DNA from: Vitrella brassicaformis CCMP3155
Lineage: Eukaryota; Protista; Chromerida
Reading direction: 5' to 3'
DNA: 64,000 bases
Assembly (NCBI GenBank): GCA_001179505.1
Contig: CDMY01000153.1
Coordinates: 62,001-126,000 of the forward strand
Part shown: positions 25,701-37,000 of the stretch, piece by piece
Layout of the letters: each line of letters starts with the position of its first letter
Numbering within the stretch: the stretch's first letter is position 1
Made by a program: the position numbers and the translations under genes
Notes under the pieces: generated by a model
The model's input: the letters and a program-made list of their open reading frames with translations, nothing else
Database searches by the model: none
Told to the model about the DNA's origin: nothing

Positions 25701-28109
25701 CACTGGCGGGGACGAGATAGAACAAAACATCCAGCGGCTAGCGGGCAGCCGCGGGCACTCACAGTCGTCGAGCGCCCGCCCGCCACGGAGAGAGAGCAGC
25801 CCCGAAGATGAGGCGACGGACGGCCATCGGTCTACTTCGGTGGAGAGGCCAAGGAGCGATCGGCAAAGGAGCGGCGGTTTATCGTGTGATCCCGTGTGCC
25901 CCGACGCCAAAATGACAGGGGTCGGTGCCGGCACCCCTTTCTCCACCCCCCCACCAGCCCCAGCCTCACCCACACAAAGACAAGAGCAGCCACACCTACC
26001 TGGGGGGTTTGCCACCAAGCCAATCCCGCCGGCAGCTGTGCATCGTGACAAGGTGGCAAAACCCCCTGTCGTGCCGCCTCGTCCGGAGGAGCACAGGCAC
26101 GAGAAGTACCACCACAGCCACGCCCCCAAGCACCAGCAGGCTGCAGCATCAGCATCCAAGGAACCGCCCATATTGATGGGGCCAGTGTGCTGTCCGAAGC
26201 CGTGCAGACTCATCATGACCAGACTTTACACGTACAGTGCTGCATGTCTCAGTGCTCTTCTGGGCCGCTTCTCGAGGTGAGACAGTGAGCTGCGTAGCTA
26301 GCTACCTGCTGAGCCAGCAGGATGTTCTTTAAAGGCATACACACTAGTGCGGGCACGTTGGCATATATTAGTCTTTGTGTGCGTGTGCAGGTACACGACT
26401 GCTGGCTGGCTGACAATTCTTGTGTTCTTCATGGTGCGTCACATCATCGCCACAGTCCTGCTGCAGGAGATGGGCAGCAAGAAGGTGGAGCTCTCTGAGG
26501 TCAAGGAGCTCCAGCTGCACACCAGACAGGTGGTTGCCCTGCTGCCCGACATTATTTATCCGCCATACAAACCAAGGTAGATAGATATCCACCCAACCAG
26601 ACAGACGTATCGTGCACGCATCGCATACCTTGCCGCGAACGCGCGCGTATGCATCCATGATGGCTGTGGCTCTTGCTCGTGTGGGGCTGCTTGCTTGTTC
26701 AGGCTGCAGTGGCAGGTTGACCAAAGACGGGAGGAGTTCCAGCACACACTCGCACTTGCCAAACACGTACATCCATCGGCGAAGCCAGGCACCGTGGCGC
26801 CTCTCGTCTGAAGAGTAGCTTCCTACCTGTCTCATGGATGTATGCAGGACTTCATCCAGCTGCTGCATGGCCATGTTGACGAAGATCACCTGGAGGCTGA
26901 GGACGCCATGGACCGGCGGCATCCCAGCCGTCGGGAGTTGCTCTATGAGCCGGGCTGCCTCCTCAGCCGCGACAACGTCCACGAGCCTCACGGATGCACT
27001 GACCGCCAGCACCCCTATCTACTCAGCAGGAGGCTGGAGGAAGGTTTGTACGAAGGAGTCGTCATCTGGATGAAGTACGCAGGCCACGTTTACTCCATGT
27101 ACCACGACAAATATGCAGCGGCTCTTGGCACACACCGACGCCGCTTGCTCGACCCGCCAGCAAGACGCCTATCGACGGAGTTCTCTACCCCTCCCCGTGG
27201 CTTCCCGCTGCCGCAATCACTGGTCAACGCGACAATGTCCGCCCTCCAGCCACTCCTCCGCAGATTCAAAGTGAGCCGGCGGCGGACGCGGCCAGCGCGA
27301 CGGGGGACTCGATCAAGAAGGACACGGCGGCAGCTCATGGCCGACCCCTTTGCACAGAATCCATTTGACCCTAGCGAGTTCGCCGATGAGATCAACCTCA
27401 TGTTCCATCGCACCATCGAGTCACTGCCGGAGGACGTGACGTTCACACATCCGCCTGAGTTTTGGTTCCTCACCCAGGTAAGCAAAGCAAAGCAACCAAC
27501 GAATGCGTCAATCAGGAAGACAGCATAGTGTGTCACATATCCCATCTGCGGAAGAATGACACACATATTTACCACCCTTCTGTCTGTCTGTCTGCCTACA
27601 TAGGCACTGTCCTTTGACTTGCGTGACGGGTTGTTTTCTCTTGAGGAGACCATTCTGGAAGAGGCCCGCGACGACGTCAAGGCGAACGACCAGCTGTCCT
27701 GGGTACTCGCCGGGGTGGCCATCGCACTTATCATGGCCGGCATGGCTCTCGTCGAGGTACTGACCAGATCGATGATGACACAGGTGAAAAACGCATGCGC
27801 CGTACTCAAGGTAAGCTGAGCTACCAACAAACAGACAGGGGCCGGCCATACGGCTGCCTGCCTGTTTGCCTTCCTTCCTGTCTGCAGACGATCCCCATTG
27901 ACTCGCAGAAGGCTGTCTTGGCCAAGGTGAGGAGTAAAAGACAGGGAAATCAGACAGCTAGCTGTAGACAGCTGCAGCCATGGATGCCACCCCTGCCTGC
28001 GTGTCTTGGGTGCTTGTTTATTGCATCGCAGGTGTTTGCTGACTACTCTGACGTCGAGAGCGAAGAGGATGCAGACGAGGACGCAGATGAGGACCCCTTC
28101 TCAAGATAA
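19788..28109 (+). CDS. TmcB-like multi-pass membrane protein with TPR region (modelled as one gene)
   Basis: N-terminal TM cluster; TPR-like LLVKFWRM...|VLHNALVALRTAEGAYMNLLSRFPKAPEALDLYAAFVRNVMLDEK; further TM pairs; C-terminal RELLYEPGCLL...HPYLLSRRLEEGLYEG and DLRDGLFSLEETILEEA...VKNACAVLK|TIPID. The apparent stop at 24366 lies just after a GTATGA donor at about 24356, so the two halves can be spliced together. Confidence 0.7.
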
Positions 28110-28507
28110 ATAAACACACGGATGGATGGCTGCTTGTTCGGATGGTGAGTACGAGATTATCCGAATTTGTTATGAGTGGGTGTACAGCCGAGGTGCCCAC
28201 ATGCGTTCATGCGTATGCACAATGCGCACACGGCCGTTTTGCATCCCATGGTTGGACACACATAAGTACAGTACGTATACTGAAAGGTTGATTTCATTTT
28301 GCAATCATCGAACACACCGATGAAGGCAAATTGAATGCATGCACCAGATCTCTGGGACCACCCGCAATCGGCTGCTTCTGCTCTCGTCTCTGGCTGGCGG
28401 CCCTCAATCGAGCAGATTCCCATAGGCACATTCACCTCGATACTGGTAATGAGTTCGATCACGAATCAGCGTGGCAGCTTTCTCAGCTCGCAAGATTTGT
28501 GAACGAC

Positions 28508-29742
28508 ATGGACGCAACAGCCCCATTAGTGACGCTGGTCCTCATCGTAAGCACCTCACTCATCGCCACACTTGTGTGCGATGCACGCCAGCAGCTGCAT
28601 TCCGCTGCCCTCTCCCCCTCCGCGAGGCATCCCCTGGCGTCCTGGCTGCCCAAGGGCAAGAGCCTGTCGTCCATGGGGCGGCGTGTGTTGCCCCGCCTGC
28701 GGAAGAAGTTCAGCTCTCGTCCTATGGACGAGCGGTTGAGCAGTGTGCCCGTCTTCCTCATCACCAACAGCTACGCACTTCCGTACCTCACACAAGTCAG
28801 GCCGGGCGAACAAACAGGTATGTACGTAACATGCAGCCAGCACCCACACATACTCCCACACACCCATCATCTCATCCACGCACGACACACAGCCTGGCGC
28901 GTTGCCTTTCTGCATGGATCTGTCGTGCTTTGCCTGCCTGCAGCACTGATGTTCACAGATCCCGAGGAGGCCAACACAATGCTCAACGAAATGGTGCAGA
29001 CGGCTGGTCCTGGTGCGGACGCCCGTCTGTTTGTAATCAGTCTGGAGAAGGCCTGGGCCTACGCGAGGCGGGCAGAGCCCCGGAGGACGGGAATCGTGGG
29101 GGAGGACGGCAAGGAAGCCGTCATGACATTCAAATTCCACCCACCACAAGTCAGTGAGTCAGTCACTTACTGCGTGAGTCAGTCAGTGAGTGGGATCACA
29201 GCGCATTCACAGATCTGCTACCGGTGCGCTTGTCCATCCCCTCCGTCTGTGTATGATGTGTGCAGCGTCAGGTAGAGAATGCGGGGAACTACGTGACCCT
29301 TCTCGGGCGTCGGACGAAAATGATCCCTGTCTTCGAAGCCACTGGGCTGGACGTCACCAAGAACGGCGACAAGTCAGTGTGCGAGGCCCAACCGACCACT
29401 GCCTTGGCCGGCCAGCACTCCACCGCACTGCTTGGCACAACATAATCTGTATGTATGGTGTTTGTTTGCGTGTGGGTGTTGTGTTGCAGGTTGTGTCCGC
29501 TGTTTATGGATTTGGAGGACCTTGAAGCTGCGTGGGAGAGGATGCACAGGGCCAGGCCCGACACGCCGCCCAAACCCAAGGTGTCGGTGTACAACCTGCT
29601 GGACGTGCTGCTGCACCGCGAGAGGCAAGCCAATGGGCTGGGGCCCTGGGGCATCGTGCCCTCATCTAAGGCCCTAGACTTCGTTAAGAAGAACAGATCA
29701 GGGGGGACCAGGAAGGCCAGAATGATTCGAATAAGACGATAG
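28508..29742 (+). CDS. TIC22: Tic22 plastid protein-import chaperone with bipartite leader
   Basis: Signal peptide MDATAPLVTLVLIVSTSLIATLVCDA followed by a basic Ser-rich transit peptide. Mature region: ERLSSVPVFLITNSYALPYL...FVISLEKAW...FKFHP...IPVFEATGL...CPLFMDLEDLEAAW. Confidence 0.9.
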
Positions 29743-29885
29743 ATGAAGAGATAGATGTTGGTCTGTCCTTATGAGTGCATGGAAGCAGCTGCGACAGACC
29801 GACCGACCGACTGAGTGCGATGCGATGCGATACGAGGAGGTCGATTGATTGACACGGGCGGGCCGTAAGAGTAACACAGCGAGTC

Positions 29886-31117
29886 TCAAGTCGAGAAAGT
29901 GCCGCATTGAACCAACTCTAAAGTGTCGAGCTCCAGCAGCTGACGTGTGAGGTACTCAGGCAGATTCTCTCTGAGAATAGACTGCATCAGTGTGCACGCT
30001 TCTTGCCGTGGAGCACCGACAGCATGACGCACATCCCCCAGACGGATACCTGCGACCAACGAGAACGAATGAGTGTATGACATGACGTATGCAGTGCAGT
30101 CAGCGGCGGCGACCTACCCAGGCGCCGCTCTGCCCACGCAAGCACTGTGTGGTCGACCGACGCGGCATAGTCGATTAGGAAGCGCTGCACAGTGTGCCTG
30201 TCCAGCGTTTGCCGACCGTTGACAGCCAGCAAGAGGCCCTCGACAGGGTTCTTGCTCTCGCTCAAGGGCGGCTGGACATACCTGTATGACCATCATGATG
30301 GATGGCACACGACACACAAGGGGAGCGGAGAAGCAGCACAGCCACCGTTGAGTCTGTCGGTCGGTCGGTCGGTCGGTGTGTCACTTGAATCTGAGTGGTC
30401 TCCATCCGAGCTTGTGCTGTATCTGCTGCCTCGTCCCGGGCGCATCAGCTATCTCGGCAAACAAAGTGCACGGCTCCTCATGATAACCAAAGCGACGACG
30501 GGCAGCATCCAGGATCTGACAGACAGTGAGTGGAGTCAGCGCCACCCTTCACGCCACTGTGCCACCCTACCGTGGCTGGTTGACCAACCGACCTGGTTTC
30601 GTGTGTCGAGTATCCTCCTGGCGAGTCCCTCCCCCCTGTATGGCTCGAGCACCACGGTATAGGATGACAGGCCGCAGTTGCTCCAGCTGTAGTACTCAAA
30701 CAGGCTGCCGCCTGCCACACATTCACCGCCGGCGGCTGCCACGAGCACGTGCAGCTCGGGAGAGACCACATCAGGATGCAGCAGACCCTTCTCTGCACAC
30801 AAAACAAACAACTCTCATGTACACTCAGAGTCATCTATCTGCGTGTGTCAGAACCTCCCTCCCCACTCCCTCCCGTACCTACCGATGTCGGCGAGATCAT
30901 CGAGCAGGTCATCGTCGAAGGAAGGCCTCAGCACCTGCAACGTGCAACGCAACGCAGACAGACAGGGCTGTTATGCATGTGTGATTCCATCCGTCGTTGG
31001 TTGGTTGACCGACAGCATGTGTTGTGTTGTGTGTACCTCAGAGTAGAATCTCCTGGTCCAGTGGATGGCCACATCAGGCGACTCGCCTGCCAGATCTCGC
31101 AAATCGAACAGATCCAT
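29886..31117 (-). CDS. GNAT-family N-acetyltransferase
   Basis: Spliced MDLFDLRDLAGESPDVAIHWTRRFYSE|VLRPSFDDDLLDDLADI...GGSLFEYYSWSNCGLSSYTVVLEPYRGEGLARRILD (acetyl-CoA motif A)...LFAEIAD...LGWRPLRFK|YVQPPLS. Confidence 0.8.
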
Positions 31118-31567
31118 TCGCAGGTGCGCGATTGTCCTGGCCGCAGGCCATCATGGCCTGCTCTTAATGAGACTGCATGCGTGTATCCCATGTGCACTGA
31201 TGCTTGCGTCAGTCTGCTACGTCCATGTAAACCTACCGCCTGGTTCTACGGGCCGACCACAGCACAGAAAGTTGCTGCACGTATCAAAATCACTTCTTGT
31301 GCTGGCTGGGAGCTCTAGCTGGAAAACTGGATCCGCATGTCATGCCTCATAGACGATCCCACAACACAGCACAACACCTCAACAAGCCACAAGACTCACA
31401 GGGGGGGGTGACTGACTGACGGACTCACTGACTGCCATGCAGATGGATGGATGGATGGATGTCGGTGTGCTCGCTAGCTCTGGAAGAAAACGACCATCCT
31501 TCCTTCCCTTCATGGTGCGGTACGCGGATGCGTGGTGTAGAGAGGGTACGACTGGTCAGTCAGTCAG

Positions 31568-32936
31568 TCAGTTGGTGAACGTGGCGCCCCTCTGTATGAG
31601 CTCAACCCAGTACTTGTCGGGATCGTAGGCAAAGGCAATGCCGCGCATCTTGCCATCCTGCACCACAAAAGACAGACAGACAGACAGACCCACACAAGAC
31701 AGATACTCGTACTCGCCCAGTTGGGCACACTCATCTATCTCACGACGGTCTCGTTGACCTACCTGTGGTTTCTTCTTGAAAGGCACGCCTTGCTGCTCGA
31801 GGCTGGCGCACGCCGCCTCCAAATCATCGACCAGAAAGCCGATGTGCCCATACCCTTGCGGCTGATCGTTGCCTGAGGGAGGGAAGCCCACAGAAATGAT
31901 GCGAGTTGGCGAGTGGCGGGTGTATGTAGCGTGTTGGTGTGTGGGTTGGCCGACTGACTGACCGTTGTGGTATGTGAATGTGTCATCCTTCTCGGTGCCG
32001 TGGTTGTGTGTGAGCTCCAACACAGGCTGCCACAGGTTCTTCCTGCACCCCCACACACACACCGACAACAAGCATGAAATAGGGAGAGACAGGGAGAGAG
32101 AGAGAGAGAGAGATGAACCCGTGAAGGTCAGTCAGTCAGGTGTGGTGCGCTCCTTTGAGTGGGCTGACTGACTGACATGTATTCAGCGGCCTCGGGGCTC
32201 TCGGGGTCTGTGGGTACGTTGGCGGCCTCTTCTTTGGGGATGGACGCCATGAAGTAGAGGGAGAAGTCATTGGCATGCATCACACGTACCAGCGTCATGC
32301 CCATGACGTCACGGTAGAACGCAACGCTCTTGGCGGGATCCTTCACACGCTTCTACACACACGCATCCATCATGCACACACACACATACACACACACACA
32401 CATTTACAATGCGGCCGGCCACTTGATACGGTGTGGGGTGTGTCTGTCTGTCTGTCTGTGTGTGTGTTGGTCAGGTGTGTGCACACCTACCATGGTTTGG
32501 CTGAGGTTGAAGGGCTCGTTGTGGACGCCAGGCTTGCCCCGCTTGACAATCTCAATCCTAACGCCCACAACACAGACAGCGCAGCACACTGTCGTCCTGC
32601 GTGTCTCCCTCTCTGTGTGGGTATGTAGTTGTGTGGGCGGACATTACCAGTAGCCCTCTGGCGAGAGGGCAAAGGCGAGGCCTTTCATCCGCCCCTCATC
32701 GGGTTTCTTGCGAAATTGAACACTGACCGATCGGATCGTTCGGGGGTGGGTGGCACATATGGCGTGGGTGGCAGGCACATGGAGGGAGCAGTGAATATAT
32801 GACGTCACGTCGCTGACTGACATGCTGTGCTGCGTGGAGGGCGGTCTCGTCTTGCTCACTCACCCGTTGGCGAGAAGCTCCTCTGTCGCCTTGTACACAT
32901 CGTCGCAGTTGAAGGCTATGTGGCCGAACCTGGTGT

Positions 32937-32970
<34 letters not shown>

Positions 32971-33822
32971 CATATCCAGTATCCATCCATCCATTTCACA
33001 CATGACCAGTAAGTAGAGTATCTATCGGTGCTGTCTGTCTGCCGGCCCAGCCAGCCGCCCACCCGCCCACCCTCTGTGTGGCTCCTCATTGCCGTTATTG
33101 ACGGCGAATGTGTCGTCCTTCTCGCTGCCGTGGTTGTGGGTGAGCTCGAGCGTGGTGTTCTGCATGTTCCACAGATACCTCTCAGACTCGGCCGTGCCGG
33201 CGGGAGGCAGCACGGCAATCTCGCTGTCCTTGGGCCGCTCCAAGAAGTACAAACTGAAGCCGTACTCGTTGAAGTCATACTTGTGCACCGTCTTCATCCC
33301 AAAGTTATCCTGGAAGAATGGCACCTGAGGAGGGAGGGAGAGAGGGCACATGCCATGCACTGCAGCGATGTGTGGTGCACGAGCAGATGCAGATCTGGCG
33401 TGTGTCTGGACGATGGATGCTCACCGTCTTTGCTGGATCTTTGATGCGCAGCATGGTCTGTTGCCAGTTGAAGTTGTACTTACGACCCTGGGCAACACAC
33501 ACCAAACAGGCAGAACACACAGACAGAACGACGCAGGTCGGCAGGTCAATCAACGCCCGTGTGATTCATGCATGCGTGCGGGGATGCGGCCTGTCCCTCT
33601 CTCCCTGCCTCCCTCTCGCTCCTGTGTGTCTTAATTGTCAGTGCGTGTGAGGTGAGTCCCACCTACCACAGCATCGTCCGGCGGCAGTGGTTTGAGGTTG
33701 GTCATGGTGATGCCTCGAGATATGAACCCCGGCCGAGCGACGCGTGTCAAACGAAACGACAGAGATGAACACACACAGCTCGCCACCGTCACAAAGGCGA
33801 TGCACGTGCGAGAAGCGAACAT
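31568..33822 (-). CDS. GLO1: Glyoxalase I (lactoylglutathione lyase), monomeric two-domain type, with an N-terminal leader
   Basis: Two copies of QTM.R.KDP, LELTHNHG, GHI.F and YW.E(I/L), with all metal ligands (Q, E, H, E) present in both halves. In-frame ATGs at 33822 and 33705. Confidence 0.96.
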
Positions 33823-34061
33823 TGCGAGCTGAATAGGAGGGGGGGAGGATGCTTTGCTTTGCACTGGTTGGGTAGCGCTGCATCTCATCTGGCGTGGCAT
33901 TCATAGACAGACATACGTTCACATGAGCAGCGACAAATGCGCAGCAATCCGTAGCAAATACAATAGGGTCCATGACACATGATAGAGAGTTAACCAATCC
34001 ATCCATGGCGTGGCAGACAAGTCAGCCGCACAGAAGTCCTGAGGGCCGGGTGTCTGTTCAA

Positions 34062-37000
34062 TCAAAAGAACTGCCTGCACTTGTTGCTGCCGCAGAGGCA
34101 CCTCTCCTGCTCGTTGTCGTTTTCGGGCAGCGACAGTTTGTAGTCGTAGCACAGCTCCTCGCCGGGCTGGATGTCCCGTTTGGCGTAGATGGCCACACGC
34201 CGACTGGCGTCCTTGGTCGGCCCACCCCTGCCCCTCGACCCGCCCCGCTGCTGCCGCGACATGCCCTGAGACGATCCCTGGACAGACAAACGAGGGGAGG
34301 GGACACACAAACAAGCAAACCACGCAGAAACGAATGGATGGATGGGAGGTTGCCGTGCCGCAAGTGATTGACTGTGTGGTTGGGAGGGAGAGAGGGAGGG
34401 TGGGGTGGCATACGGGTATTGGGTGTGAGTAGCAGTTGGGGTCGCACGAGTGGTTGATGAACCTTGCCAGGTTGCCCTCGAGCGTGGCGTCGATGGTGAA
34501 GTCACCGTTGGCAAACATGTAGGTGCTCGTCTTGCCCAGCCGACTGCGATACGACCGCTCCCTGACAGAACACACAGATGAGGCGAGGCAGCTGGCAGAG
34601 CCCCATGCCACGAGGGTTGGGTGGGTGGGTGGGTTGGGCGGGGGCGTGTGTGTTGACATACGATTGTTGCAACAGTGTGTGTACATAATGTGTGTACCTG
34701 AGGTTCTCCAGTTCGGCGGGAATGAGTTCCCCAGTGTATTCGATGACCATCTCGTCCCGTTTGATGAAATCCAACGCAAACAAACCCAACCTACATACAT
34801 GACACACACCACACCGGACACGTGAGGGACATATGATATGAGAGACACCGACGCAATCCACACACACACACAAGATGTATACATACCAACCCTTCCTCCG
34901 ACTTCCCTCCCTCCCTCCCTCCCCCTTGGCTGCGCTGCGTACCCTGCGATTTTCGACTGGCCGAGGCGCGTGCGTTTGGCGGTGGAGTTCAAGGCGTTGT
35001 ACCCCAGCTTCCCGGCGCCTTGTAGCTGCAGCGCCTTGTCCACACCACGATGCATCTCTGATGGACGATATCAACATACACACACAGGGTCGTGCTGTGC
35101 GGCGGCATGTGTAGACGTCTGTGTGTCGGCCTAGGCCATTGACCGACCGACTCACTTCTTTGTTCTCTGGACTTGTTCTTGTCTGCCTCCCTCAGCCGCG
35201 CCAGCACCTCGCTCTCCTTCTCCCACGCACGGCCCTCCGCCTGCACAACAAACACACACGGCACCGACAGAGCCGCGCCGCATCACAGAGACAGTTCCAC
35301 AAGAGGATCACACGAGAGAGACTCATGCAAGTGCCACGACTCTCTCTCCTTGGATTCATTAATTCTCCGTACGTTACGTACATTCAGGTATGTCCCATCC
35401 TGCAGGCAGCCAGCCAGAAAGACAGAGACAAGAATGCATACACACAACACAGACAGATCGGATCGATCCACACCATACAACACAACACAACACAACACAA
35501 CACGTGTCTGTCGAGTGCATCCAGCCATCCATCCATCCATCCATTGTCCCCACAGTGTCCCACCTGTAGGAGTTCGAGTGGCAGGCGCTCGAGGAGCGAC
35601 AAGTCGACCCGGCCCTCCCGCCTCGCGAGACCAAAGGAGGGATCGAAGGGCAGGTGGCCAGAGATGACGGTGCCGCTGCGGTCCGGGACCGGGTGGCCCA
35701 GGCCCATCCATGTGACCTTCTCAGCGCTCCACTTGCGGAACGGCTCCTTGTCAGGTAAAGCACCGCTGGTGCTGCCCTTGCTCCGCTGGTGGTGCTGGCT
35801 CCTCTTGCGTTTCTTCCCGCCGCCCTCTGTGGCCTTGCTGGCGGCCACCTCAGACGCTCCCACCCCACCCCCCTGGCTGTCCTTGATCTGCCTGTACTCC
35901 CTGTACTGCCGCCAGAAGAAGGGATTGATATACCGGGCACAGGTAGGAGGGGATCCGCCGTAGGCCTCGTTGAAGAGCTCCATGTCGCCCTCACGCAGGA
36001 CCCTCTTCTCATAGCCGTCAGCATCCTCAGATAAAGGAGGAGGATCGAACGACTCGCCATTGTCACCTTTCGCCGCTGCAGCGGGCTTGCATGGCGGCAT
36101 GAGGGCGGTGTGGTGGGTGGGTGGTGCTTTGCCCTGCTCAGAGCTGGTGAAGTCGTCCATCATCAGGGGCTCTTGATTGACGACACGATCTGCCGCTGCC
36201 GGACCCGACACACGCCCGACAGCAGCCGGCAGCTTCCACTGCTCCTCTTCCGCCGAGAGAGGCCATGGGACTGACCGGCCCGTCCCTTCGCCTCGTGTGT
36301 CGGCCGTTGGGAGCATTGCAGAGGCGCTGGAGCTCAGGCAAAGCGGCAGCGACGCGTGCACTTGGCGAGGCGGCTGCGGCAAGGGGGGTGGAGGGGGCTC
36401 GATCACCATGCCGGGCTGGTGGAGATGGATGTCATTCACCTCCTCCTCGGCTGCATCCGCCTCTGCTGGCTGCCTCTTGCTGGCAGAGGCGGCCCCTCTG
36501 GAAGCAGCAGCTGCTGCTTTCTTGCCGCCCTGGGCCTTGGCCTGTGCCCGGGTGGCTGCTCTTGTCGACCTGCCATGACCACCACCTGCCGCAGGCCTGA
36601 AGGTGGACCAACAGTGCAACGCAGATGAATCACTCACTGACTGGTGTGTGTCGGTCGGGGTGTCTGTCTCGCTGGCTGAGTGAATCGGTCGCTCACTTCC
36701 TGACTGACTGACTTACCCATTATCCGGATCATCGTCATCGTGTTCATCCCTCTTGCGATGCGCTGCCCCGCCTTGCGGCTCATCGGATGGCTGCTTGCCA
36801 CGGGTGGTCCTCCGACGCTTGGCGAGTCTCTCGTCCTCTTGATGGTCCTCTTCCTCCTTGGCCTCCTCCTCTTGATGATCATCGTGCTGCTGGTGGTCGG
36901 CCTCGTGGTCACTCCTCTTGCCCACCCCAGTCCCCACGCTGCCCAGGCTGCGCAGACTATACCCCCGTCTGAAGGGCGGCTGTCGCCTGTCGTGCTGCTG

